Of a stretch of 64,000 nt of DNA, positions 15,130 through 26,719 are shown one piece after another (the stretch's first letter is position 1; the number at the start of each line of letters is the position of its first letter). The DNA comes from the human T2T-CHM13v2.0 reference genome, Homo sapiens: the NCBI RefSeq assembly GCF_009914755.1, contig NC_060938.1; one strand, given 5' to 3'. A model generated the notes under the pieces. That model saw nothing but the letters and a program-made list of their open reading frames with translations. It did no database searches and was not told the DNA's origin. Both the position numbers and the translations under genes were made by a program.

Positions 15130-15420
15130 CCTGTTCACGTGGAACTAAGTCTCCAGATTTTACCTCCCAGAGAAGCTCCCTCTGGGAACCCAACCCTCTC
15201 CTAAGAGGCATCTGCCAGGCAAAAGCAATCGATCCACCGTAACATATTGCGGGTCCAGCCGGAAATTGGAACGTCAGCGTTTTCATTCCGGAACGCCTAC
15301 ATGTAGTTGAGATTTAGGGACTTGAATCACGTTCGCTGTCACCATCCAACTGATACGGAAACCGGTACTTCCCCTTTTCTAACATCTTCTCAGAACACTC
15401 CAAGGCACATAGCCACTCGA
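15130..15420. promoter_or_regulatory. Candidate CpG-rich cis-regulatory element with ETS, E-box and CRE-like motifs
   Basis: About 14 CpGs in about 290 bp of non-Alu sequence; GCCGGAAAT, TTCCGGAAC, ACGGAAACCGG, CACGTG, ACGTCA. Confidence 0.45.
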
Positions 15421-15609
15421 TAAAATCAGCTAAGGAAAAAAGGTACTTTGAAGCTAGTACCCTAGCCTCTATGGCTATTTGTCAGATGGGAAGTTTAGCA
15501 AATTAATAAAAGCTATTTATAAAAATGTGAGGAAAGTTTAGGTTGAACCCTGATCAACAAACATAATGTCTTGCTGTCATTGAACCATTAATGCAAATGC
15601 TTACACTAA

Positions 15610-15915
15610 AGCCAGGCACGGTGGTTCACACCTGAAATCCCAGCAGGCGTGGTGGGTGGATTACCTGAGGTCAGTAGTTCGAGACCAGCCTGGCCAACAT
15701 GGCAAAACTCCACCTCTACTAAAAATACAAAACTTAGCCGGGTGTGGTGGTGCACACCTGTAATCCCAGCACTTTGGGAGGCTGAGGCAGGAGAATCGCT
15801 GGAACACAGGAGGCGGAGGTTGCGGTGAGTTGAGATCGAGCCACTGCAGTCCAGCCTGGGCAACAGAGCAAGACTCGGTCACGAAAAAAAAGAAAAGAAA
15901 AAGAAAAAAACAACA
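15610..15915 (+). mobile_element. Alu (AluS) with atypical arm motifs
   Basis: Dimer flanked by the TSD aatgcttacact. Confidence 0.9.
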
Positions 15916-17282
15916 ATGAATGCTTACACTTAGAAATGGTTTGTCATCTTCGTCTAGGAATGCCTATTTTCCATTCATTCAATGAACATCCAGCCCACCT
16001 TGTGCCCTGTGATTGGAAGGCTTTAGGAATACCGAGATGAAAAGATATGATCCCTGTCTTAAAGAATCTAGTAATCTAATGGGCACCTGAATGAACGTTT
16101 GTCTACAGTGTTAGGTTAGGAAACAGCCCCAACACATGCCATTTGCCAGGGGGAGTCAGAGCCTCACCTATTTATTTGGGGTGACAATCATACAGAGTGC
16201 AAGTGACATATTTACCATGCTGTATCCCTGAAGTCTTTTCATCTGTCCCAGCTTCTCTATTGCCATTGAAAGTTTTCTGTTTTAATCCCTTGTCTTTCCA
16301 CCTATTAGAGTGGACCCCCATTGAGTCTCCAGAGGAGAAACTCCTGATCTCTACACCCATGATTACAGGGTTAAAACAGAGAAAAAAGAAACTTCACTGT
16401 GATTCTCAAGTCTACCTTTGACACTGCTGAAAGTTACCTAAGAGAGATAAATAATTCTGGGATTCTTCTGCTTTTGCCTGAAAGTGTTCACTCTGATTTT
16501 CTTAGCAAGGAATTTAAGGCCCCTTGTAATATGATGTTGATCTGCCTTTCTGCCACTGTTTCCCATTAACTTCATATTCCATCCTAAGGAAGACAACATT
16601 TCCTGAGTATACCATGAATTTCCTCAACTTCAAAATGCAGCTCTAGTGAAATCAGGTTCATGACGTTTTCCCCATTCTTCAGACAATGTAAATTACTCTC
16701 TCCTCAGAGCCTTTGACTCCTATATCTAGAAAGGCACTTATAGTCTATAAACACTTTTAACGTATAAATTGGTGCTTTGACTAAAGTATAAGCAATATGA
16801 AGACAGGAAAGAATGTTCCTCTTTGAATCGCCAGCATCTAGAAAAGTCCCTAGCATATGGCAAGTGTTTGATGAATGTCCTTTGAGTGAATGATGATGTA
16901 GATGATTTTAATAAAAGTGTTCTGTGCCAGTGCCTTGATCGAGATGGTGCTGTGAATGAGTTTTGAGGTATATTTTGCTTGTTGGAAGGCAGTTTCTTTC
17001 CTGTTTAGGAAAAAAAGCAACTGTAATGAGCCAAAAAAAAAAAAAAAGGTGAACTGAGGTGTTAAGCCCTCTGGCTCTGTGTTGCCCACTAGAGGAGCCT
17101 GTACTCTGCCAAGCAGGGCCTGTTTAACATCCTTGGAGTGGCTCTCTTGAAGTAGGCACACTTTCTAGGGCACAAAAATTGACAATCACTGCAAAAAAGC
17201 TTATTACATGTTGGGAAACATTTCTGGAATTTCTGCATGGGATTATTCAAAACAAGCCTCTCCATAGCTGACTCGCTAGCTG

Positions 17283-17361
17283 TTTGTTTGTTTTTAGTGA
17301 AAGAAAATTTGTTAGAAAAGTAAAGGGATAAAGAATGGCTACTCCATAGGCAGAGCAGCCC
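17283..17361 (-). mobile_element. Short poly(A)-tailed retrocopy of a MER41-like LTR R region
   Basis: Minus strand 'gggctgctctgcctatggagtagccattc...ctttcact' followed by an A-rich tail; flanked by the direct repeat ctagctg. Confidence 0.6.
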
Positions 17362-17499
17362 CTAGCTGGTTTTTAACTTTCCTTCTCCTGCTGCTTGTGA
17401 CACATCTCCATATTTCATTTGTTTGTTTCCTTATCTAGATGTGAAATGTAAGATCATCTGAAGGAGAGCTTTGGTTCAAGTCAAATGCATGCCTCAACC

Positions 17500-18140
17500 T
17501 AGCAGAGCCAAAGAGATACTTGTATGATGTAAGTCAGATTATGTCATTCTTCTGCTCAAAACTCTCCAATAAATAGCTCACCATTCCCTTCAGAGAAAAG
17601 CCAAAGGACTTAAAATGGCCAACAAAGCCTATGATCTGCACCCCCCTCCTCCCTCTACCTCACTTCATCTTTCTCCCTGACTCACTTGGTTTCAGTCCTA
17701 CTTGCCTGATATGTTCCCTCAATTACACTCCCATTTCAGGACATTTGCACTGACTGTTTCCTCTGCCTGGACCCCACTTGCTCCAGCTTTGCACATGGCT
17801 ACCTCCCTTACTTTCTTCAGGTGCTTGCTAAAATACCGTCCTCTCAATGAGGCCTACCCTGAGCACCCTGTTTAAAATTGTAACCTGCCGTTCCCTCCCC
17901 CTACAAGCTTTCAAATTTCGTCATCTTTTTTTAGTTTTTGCTATAACAATTAATCACTTTCTAATATACTAATTCTAATAAGAATTTACTTATTTATATA
18001 TTTATTGCTTAACGTCTATATCTGTCTGTGAGAATATAAGGCCCATGAAGTCAGGGATCTTTTTCTGTTCTTAACATTGTTGTATTCCAAATGGGAGACT
18101 GTTGCTTGGCTCCTGGTAATCACTCAGTTAATAGCTCTCA
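17500..18140 (+). mobile_element. L2 3' fragment
   Basis: 'cagattatgtcattcttctgctcaaaactctccaat...catttgcactgactgtttcctctgcctgga...cactcagttaata'. Confidence 0.7.
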
Positions 18141-19122
18141 CATTAATTAATCCTTGCCATCTCTTCTGTGCTGGAATTTGTCCATGATAGAAGCCTCCTG
18201 ATCTGCCAGACCAGTGTTGTCCTAATATTTTATTCAGTCCAGAATCTGTAATGTTGTTATTGCCAATAAAGCATGTGAAAGGAAAATAAATCTTGGGTCC
18301 CCAAATCACTAAGCTAATACAACTCCTCTTTTTTGGAGTTTTACTTGCTTCCAACAAGGCAGGCAAGATTTCCTGTTTCCATGATGATGGAAGGCAGGTA
18401 ATTCCTTTATGGAGTTTGAGCTCGCTTCCGACAGGGAAGATGAGGTTTTTTTCCTGCTTCTAGGATGGTAGAGAGCAGTCTACAGCCTGAGACCCATCCC
18501 TAGGTAAGTACCTGAATTAGGGTTTGTCTTGGTTAAATTTAAGACTAACAACCAGCTACTCTTAATTTCTCCTTACCATTAGAGCACTCAGTGATCTTAT
18601 AAGTTGTGCCATCGTTTGTTTTGCTTAACTGTTTTTTTGTTGTTTTGGTCTTTTTCCCATTGGGTTTGATCAACTCTATCTGACTTTATCAAATCCAAAG
18701 GAAGTTCCAAATTATGGGGAACAAGGCCTCTGAAGTGGCTAAATTCCCATACACACAAAAAAAGGTGGTATGGTGGGGAGAAAAATGGCCAACCAAGGAA
18801 AACAAAAAGAGGAAAGGTTTTTTATTTTGACTACTACAGGAGCTTTATTTACATAACAAGGCCGCCTTTTTGCTAGCTAGGACAAACTGAAATGGATATT
18901 GCCCCGTACCGCAGTTTGATAGCTTAAGGTTCTGCCTTCTTTTTTTTCCCACCACGACAGCCTGGGTTTGGTTCCTAAATCAAACTTTTTCCGGTTTGAT
19001 ACTTGGTACTGCTGAAGTAGCAGCAATTTGTCCTAGCTGGAATATAGTAATGAGATTTTAAAAGATTTTTTTCAAAGGAGCTCAATGGTTAAAAGTCATC
19101 TTAATTAAAAGTTAATATCCAA

Positions 19123-19125
<3 letters not shown>

Positions 19126-19165
<40 letters not shown>
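19126..19165. repeat. (TG)n microsatellite
   Basis: Run of TG units within MER4 internal sequence. Confidence 0.9.
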
Positions 19166-19444
19166 TGTATTTAAAAGGCCTTCATGGGGTTATTTTTTGT
19201 CCTCCTAAGACCCTGTCTTACTTTTGAGCAAAAGTTTTTTCCTCTCAGTTGAATGGATTTTGTTTTCTTCATTAATAGCTATTGCAACAGAGGCTACTCT
19301 GGGGTTTTTAAGGAAGGGTGTAATTTAGACACTTAGAAATGTCTTTGTTAAAAAAAATTTTTTAAGTGTACTGTAAAAGCATCACATGGTCTAACCTCAA
19401 AATAATTCCTCTGCTCAGAGCTCAGAGATCCAGTTAAAAAATAG

Positions 19445-19841
19445 TTTCATGCACGTTCGTGTGAAGAGACCACCAGACAGGCTTTGTGTGAGCAAGATGG
19501 CTGTTTATTTCACCTGGGTACAGGCGGGCTGAGTCCAAAAAGAGTGTCAGTGAAGGGAGATAAGGGTGGGGCTGTTTTATAGGATTTGGGTAGATAAAGG
19601 AAAATTACAGTCAAAGGGGGGTTCTCTGGCAGGCAGACTGGGGGTCACAAGGTGCTCAGTAGGGGAGCTTTTGAGCCAGGATGAGCCAGGAGAAGGAATT
19701 TCACAAGACAATGTCATCAGTTAAGGCGGGGCAGGGCATTTTCACTTCTTTTGTGATTCTTCAGTTACTTCAGGCCATCTGGGCGAATACATGCAAGTCA
19801 CAGGGGATGCGATGGCTTGGCTTGGGCTCAGAGGCCTGACA
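19445..19841 (-). repeat. HERV-H 3' LTR (LTR7 family)
   Basis: Minus strand TGTCAGGCCTCTGAGCCCAAGCC...CATGAAA; AATAAA at 19504-19509; adjacent PPT AAGAAGGCAGGAA (19842-19854). Confidence 0.95.
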
Positions 19842-19999
19842 TTCCTGCCTTCTTATATTAATAAGAAAAATGAAACAAAATAGTGTTGAAGTGTTGGGGC
19901 GGCGAAAATTTAGGGGGGTGGTATGGAGAGAGAGAATAAGCGATGTTTCTCAGGGCTGCTTCAAGTGGGATTAGGGGCAGCGTGGGAACCTAGAGTGGG

Positions 20000-21757
20000 A
20001 GAGATTAAGCTGAAGGGAGATCCTGTGGTAAGGGGTGATATTGTGGGGATGTTAGAAGAAACATTTGTCATATAGAATGATTGGTGATGGCCTGGATACG
20101 GTTTTGGATGAACTGAGAAACTAAACGGAAGATACAAGTTCTGAATAAAAGAAGGAGAAAAATGGGTATCAAAGGACTAAGAATGGGAGGACCTAGGAAA
20201 TCTAATTAGAGAGTGCCTAAGGGGGTTCAGCATAATTACTTGCTTGGTTGGCAAGTTTTTGGGCTTTATCTTTGAGTTTTTTTATGTTGTCATACACCAG
20301 GCCAGATTGATTTAGGTAAAAACAACACTCTTCATTTAAGAAAATACAGAGTCCTCCTTTTTCAGCAGTGAGTAAGTCAAGGCCTCGGCGGTTTTGGAGG
20401 ACAACTGCAGCTAAAGAGTCAACTTGGGCCTGGAGAACTGATAAAGTTTGTGATATGTCTGTGATGCTAGCAGAGAAGTCATTAGACAGGCTACGGAAGG
20501 TTGTGACAGAGGTTGAAATGCCTGCTATTTCAGTACCGAGAGCAATAGTGGAGGCAGAAAGTCTTAAACTGACTATCAAGGGAATTAGTGGAATAACTCT
20601 TTTTTGTCATGTCGGTGTCATGAGGGGAACAGGGAGCTCTTCAGTCCTATTTGCAAATTGAATTTTGGGGGTAAGGAAAACTAGTGTGCATGTGCCTGTC
20701 TAATTAGCAGGTAGACACATGTAGGTAGAGGATCTACAGAGGAAGAAGAGACCTTGTGCGAGGCAAAACTGGAGATGTAAAGTAAAAAGGTGAGAAGGAG
20801 TGCTGAAAGGGGTGTCTTGTCCTAGACTCCTAGGGATCCAGCTAGGGCGGCAGCTGTCAGAGGTTGTAATGGGGACTGATGGGGTAACTGCGTAGAGGGG
20901 GAGGTTCGATTTTCATGGTGTATGAGAAAACATTGAGTATCTATGAGCAACTTTTCACTGTTATTTTCGGGGCTGGGTATAAGTAAACAAGAAGAGGGCC
21001 TGGGAGGAGAGTCTGACGAGCAAGGGGAAGGTAGCTAAGGGTGGAGTGAAATACAGGGTAAGTGTCTTCTTAAGTAATAATTACTGCTAACGTTTTTAAG
21101 TTTGTATGTATTGATAGAGGGTTTGTCTGTAATATGGAGCTGGAAGGCTCTAATTGTTTCAGTGATGTGTGTAGTTGGGCTTCGGATATGAAGAGTAAAG
21201 GAACATCGAGAAGGTGAAAGATTACCTAGGGGAATTCTAGTGGGTCTTTGCTGAGAGATACTTAAAGGAGTGGCCACAGGAATAGTAGTTTGTGTTGTGA
21301 GAGGTCTAAATATGGGGGGAGTAGAGTTAATATAAGGAGAAAGGTTTTTTAAATAAGTGCGGAGGAGGGCGGCAGCTTGCTGATCTGAAATGTCTGGGGA
21401 AGTCTTGCTGGACTTGTCTAGAAAGTAAATGAGTTCTTCAGGAGGGTAAAGGTGAGGGCTGTTAAAGGAAGTTCGGAGGTGTAAGGAGACAGGAGATGTT
21501 GCCTAGTCTGTCTGTAAGGCGGGGACAGCTGTGTAGGCACTGGAAGAAAGGGAAATGCAAAGCTAGCAGTTGTTCGCTAAGGAGGGATTAGAAGCGGCTA
21601 GGAGAGAATGGGTAAGGTTGATAGTGTGGTGGAGATAGCTGGGGAGAGGTAAAGGGTGGCATAATAATGGGAATGAGAATAAGAGTGAGTATAAAAGTAA
21701 AGAATAGAACTTCATCAAGGTGGAAGTATTGGAGGGTGCCCTGCCAGCAAAGATCAT
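20000..21757 (-). pseudogene. HERV-H env, disrupted by stop codons
   Basis: N-terminus MIFAGRAPSNTSTLMKFYSLLL; TM subunit with immunosuppressive domain LQNRRGLDLLTAEKGGLC and CX6CC motif (ORF 20217-20579). Lower boundary approximate. Confidence 0.9.
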
Positions 21758-21759
21758 CT

Positions 21760-24700
21760 ACCTACTTTAAGAGGGAATTAAGAGTGGCGGTTTGGGGATA
21801 GCACCAAGAGATATCAGCTGTGATGGCTTGAAGAAACAGTGTAAACTGTCAGTGTAAACAAGAGTAGGGCATTTTTAAGTAGTTGAGAACGGAGAATAGG
21901 AGTATGACTAGACAGAAAATAGTAGGGATGACAGGTTTTTTTGGGGCTCGGCCTAAGTGGTGGGGGTGACTTCGTAAAGCCTTGTTGCAAAAAGTAGGGT
22001 AAGGACGAACAGACCTAATAGAATGAAGGGATGTATTAGGCTCATAAGGGTTATTACTGTTCTTCAGAAATACGAGTGAGTTTAAGGGAAGTAGGGGAGA
22101 GTACTTGCGACTTCCAGGAGGAAGAGGAGGGATTAAGCTGGCTGTCCAATGGACACAGCTTTATTCTGGAATGGTGAACTTAGTGGGGAGGATCCTGCAG
22201 GCGGACGGCAGTCGGGGTACTATAGATGACTAAGTAGGGTCCGGTCCATCAAGGTTGTAGAGTTTGAGGGGTCAGATTCTTAAGAACTGATCATCTAGCT
22301 AGGGTGTCTTCATATGGCTGGGGATCTGGAGTAGGCAAGAGAAGATTAGCAGCCTGGCGAATTTCCTGTCTAGCCTGTTGGAGGACTGGAAGATAGTCGC
22401 CTAGAGGGCTGGTGTCTGGGATGAGGTTGGGGCCAAGCAAGAAAGTGCATCCATATAAAAGTTCAAATGGACTGTACCTTGTAGCATCTCGAGGACAGGC
22501 TCTAATTCTGAGAAGGGCAAGAGGTAAAAGTCTTGCCCAAACTGTCTAATCTTTAATTTGGAGGCTGAGCTTGGTGAGGTGTGTCTTTAAAAGACTATTA
22601 GTCCGTTCTACCTTTCCTGAAGATTGAGGATGGTAAGGGATATGAAGGTTCCACTGAATGCTAAGAGCCTGAGAAACTGCTTGGGTGATTTGGCTAGTAA
22701 AGGCTGGTCTGTTTTGAGACTGTATAGAGGTAGGAAGGCCTAACCGAGGAACTATGTTTGACAGAAGGGAAGAAATGACTGCGGTGGCCTTCTCAGACCC
22801 TGTAGGAAAGGCCTCTACTTATCCAGTGAAAGTGTCTATCTAGACTAAGAGGTATTTTAATTATCTGACTCGGGGCATGTTGAGTAAAGCTATTTGCCAG
22901 TCCTGGGTGGGGGCAAATCCTCAAGCTGGATGTGTAGGGAAGGGAGGGCGCGTGAATAATCCCTGAGAAGTAGTAGAATAGCAGATGGAACACTGAGAAG
23001 TTATTTCCTTGAGGATAGATTTCCACGATGGAAAGGAAATGAGAGGTTTTAAGAGGCCGGCTAGTGGCTTGTACTGTAGCATAGCCTGCCTTTGCTGGTG
23101 TGTGGCGATTAGGCCTGGTGGAACTGCCATCAATAAACCAAGTGTGATCAGGGTGAGAAACAGGGAAGAAGGAAATGTGGGAAATGGGGTGAACGTCAGG
23201 TGGATCAGAGAGATGCAGTCATGAGGGTCAGGTGTGGTATCCGGAATAATGTGGGAGGCCAGATTGAAGTCCGGGCCAGGAACAATGGTAATTGTGGGAG
23301 ACTCAACAAAGAGTGAGTACAGCTGAAGGAGCTGGGGAGCAGAAAGTATATGCGTCAGGTGTGAGGAAGAAAATAGATTTTGGAAATTATGAGAGCTGTA
23401 GAGAGTGAGTTGAGCATAGTTTGTGATTTTAAGGGCCTCTAAAAGTATTAGGGCGGCAGCAGCCACTGCACGGAGACATAATGGCCAGCTTAAAACAGTA
23501 AGGTCAAGTTGTTTGGACAAAAAGGCTACAGGACGCAATCCTGGTCCTTGTGTAAGAATTGTGACTGCACAGCCCTGCACTTCAGCTGTGTGTAATGAAG
23601 AGGGTTGGGATGAGTCAGGGAGAGCTAGAGTTGGGGCAGTCTCTAAAGCTGTCTTCAAGGAACGGAAAGATGAGTGGGGAAAGGATTTAGGATCTATGGG
23701 GTCAGCTAGGTTTCTTTTTGTGAGTTTATATAATGGTCTTGTTAGGATGGCAAAACTAGGTATCTAAAGGTGAAAGTATCTAACTATGCCGAGGAAGAAA
23801 GGAGTTGTTGTTTTGTAGAAGGGGTTGGGGTTTGAGAGATTAGTCGGACACAATCAGCAGGGAGAGCACTTGTGTTTTTATGAAGAATTATGCCGAGGTA
23901 GGTAACGGATGGAGAAGAAATTTGAGCTTTGGAGGGGGATACCTGATATCCTTTGGAGAATAAATGCTGAAGGAGCAGAAGTGTGTCTTGTTGAGAAGAT
24001 TCAAAGGGGCTACAAAGAAGAAGGTCATCAATATATTGAATAAGGTGAGAAGTGGAGGGGTGGAAAGAAAGTAAATCATGAGAAAGAGCTTGGCTGAAGT
24101 AATGAAGGCTGTCCTTGAAACCTTGCGGCAGCACAGCCTAGGTAAGCTGCTGGGACTGATGGGTGTCAGGGTCAGTCCAGGTGAAAGCAAAGAGAGGCTG
24201 GGATGAGGGGTGCAGGGGAATAGTGAAAAAAGCATCTTTAAGATTAAGAACTGAATAGTGAGTTGTGGAGGAAGGTATTGAGGACAAAAGAGTTTACGGG
24301 TTGGGCACCACAGGGTGGATAGGCAAAACAATTTGGTTGATAAGGCGCAGATCCTGAACTAATCTGTAAGACTTGTCCAGTTTTTGGACAGGTAAAATGG
24401 GGGAATTGTAAGGAGAGTTTATAGGTTTTAGAAGCCCATGCTGTAGCAGGTGAGTGATAACAGGCTTTAATCCTTTTAAAGCGTGCTGTGGGATGGGATA
24501 CTGGCGTTGAGCGGGGTAAGGGTGATTAGGTTTTAATGGGATGGTAATGGGCATGTGATCGGTTGCCAGGGAAGGAGTAGAGATGTCTTATACTTGTGGG
24601 TTAAGGTGGGGGGATACGAGAGGAAGATGCGAAGGAGGGTTTGGATTGGGGAGAAGGGTGGCAATGAGATGTGGCTGTAGTCCAGGAATAGTCAGGGAAG

Positions 24701-25000
24701 CAGCAGATAATTTGGTTAAAATATCTTGGCCTAATAAGGGAACTGGGCAGGTGGGGATAACTAAAAAAGAGTGCATGAAAGAGTGTTGTCCAAGTTGGCA
24801 CTAGAGTGGGGGAGTTTTCAGGGGTTTTGAAGCTTGGCCATCAATACTTACAACAGTTATCGGGGCAAGGGAAACAGGCCTTTGAAAAGAAGGCAACATG
24901 GTGTGGGTAGCCTTCATATCGATTAGACAGGGGATGGACTTACCTTCTACTGTGAGAGTTACCTGAAGCTCGGCATCCGTGATGGTCTAGGGGGCTTCCG
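21760..25000 (-). pseudogene. HERV-H pro-pol, disrupted
   Basis: Protease end (FLVIPTCPVPLLGQDILTKL); RT (PYNSPILPVQK..YRLVQDLR; LPQGFKDS; QYIDDLLL); tether (ALETAPTLALPD); integrase remnants. Confidence 0.9.
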
Positions 25001-26672
25001 AGGCGATCGGGCAGCGTCAATCTTCAGTCGCTAAGCCAAGCAGATCTGGGAAGGAGTCAGTAAGAGAGCCTTGGGCTAGAGCTTTAGGGGCTCTAGGAGT
25101 GGCTGCCGGGCGAGCTGGGCAGTCTCTCTTCTAGTGGGTCCCTGCACAGATGGGACATGGCTTGGGAGGAATCCTGGGCTGCGGGCATTCTTTGGCCTAG
25201 TGGCCAGATTTCTGGCACTTGAAGCAAGATCCTGATGGAGGAAGTCTTGTAGGAATGCTTGACTGCTGTGGCTTAGGCATGTGCGGCTTAGGCATTTTGA
25301 AGTTCTTGTATGCTGGAGGTGTGGCCGGGTTTTGTCTCACAGCAGAGGCAAGTAATTGTAACTCAGAAATGCGTTGCCGTCTGGCTGCTTCCTCTCTATT
25401 ATTGTACACTTTGAAGGCGAGGTTGATTAATTCCTGTTGTGGGGTTTGAGGGCCAGATTCTAATTTCTGAAGTTTTTTCCTAATGTCAGGAGCTGACTGG
25501 GTGATAAAATGCATATTGAGAATAAGGCGGCCTTCTGGCTTTTCTGGGTCTAGGGCAGTAAAGCATCTAAGGGTTGCTGCCAAGCTGGCCATGAACTGGG
25601 CTGGGTTTTCGTCTTTACCTTGGGTAGTTTCTTTAAGCTTGTTATAATTAACAGCTTTGTAAGCTGCCTTTTTAAGCCCTTCAACTAGGCAGGAAATCAT
25701 GTAATCTTGCCTAGCTATACCTGGGGAATTTGCCTGATAGTTCTATTGGGGATCCTCTTGGGGGACTGCTCTAATGCCTTCCTGGAGGTCTGGCTCGTGA
25801 AGCTGGTGGTTATTAGCGTGAGATTGGGCTAGAGAAAAAACTCTTTCCCTTTCATCTAGGGGGAGGGTAGAAGTCAGGATGACATTTAAGTCACTCCAGG
25901 TTAAACTGTAGGACAGAGAGATATTGGAATTGCCGTATATATTTAGTGGGGTCTGATGAGAAAGAGCCTAAACGCTGACTGATCTGAGAGAGGTCTGATA
26001 GAGAAAAAGGTACATGTACCTTGACTATGCCTTCAGCTCCCGCCACCTCTCTAAGAGGAAATTGTTGGGCAGGTGGGGAAGAACTAGTCGCAAACTAAAC
26101 TGTAAGCCGGACCGGGTGTGAGGAGGGGAGGTGATAGAAGGATTATAGGGTGGAGGAGCAGAGGCTGAGGAAGAATTAGGACTTAGCTTGGCCTGGTGAC
26201 GAGCAGCCTGGGGAGGAGGGGAAAGGTCAGATGGGTCTGTAGAAAAAGGAAGACTGGAAAGACTCAGTGACGCTGGGTTTGGGACTGAGGGGACAGGCGG
26301 GAGGGAAAGAAGGAGGATTTGGGAGGAATCGCATTGGGAACAGAGACTAGGGAGGGAACGAAGTGTGAAAAATGCCTGGACATAAGGCACCTCAGACCAT
26401 TTGCCTATTTTTCAACAAAAATTATTTAGGTCTTGTAGGGTGGAGAAATCGAAAGTGCCGTTTTCTGGCCATTTAGAGCCATTGCCAAGTTTGTATTGGG
26501 GCCAAGCAGTGTTGCAGAAGAAAATAAGGGGTTTAGGTTTTAGGTCAGGTGTGAGTTGAAGAGGTTTTGAGTTCTTGAGAACACAGGCTAAGGGAGAAGA
26601 AGGAGGAATGGAGGGTGGAAGGTTGGCCATAGTGAAGGAGGCAAGCCTAGAGAAAAGAGAGAGTAGAGACAA
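25000..26672 (-). pseudogene. HERV-H gag, disrupted
   Basis: MANLPPSIPPSSPLACVLKN (MA); TTQGKDENPAQF (major homology region); CFKCQKSGH* zinc knuckle. Confidence 0.9.
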
Positions 26673-26719
26673 GGAGGGAAGGGGTTCGGGGGTTCTTACC
26701 CTCCAGAAAAGCGGGAAAG

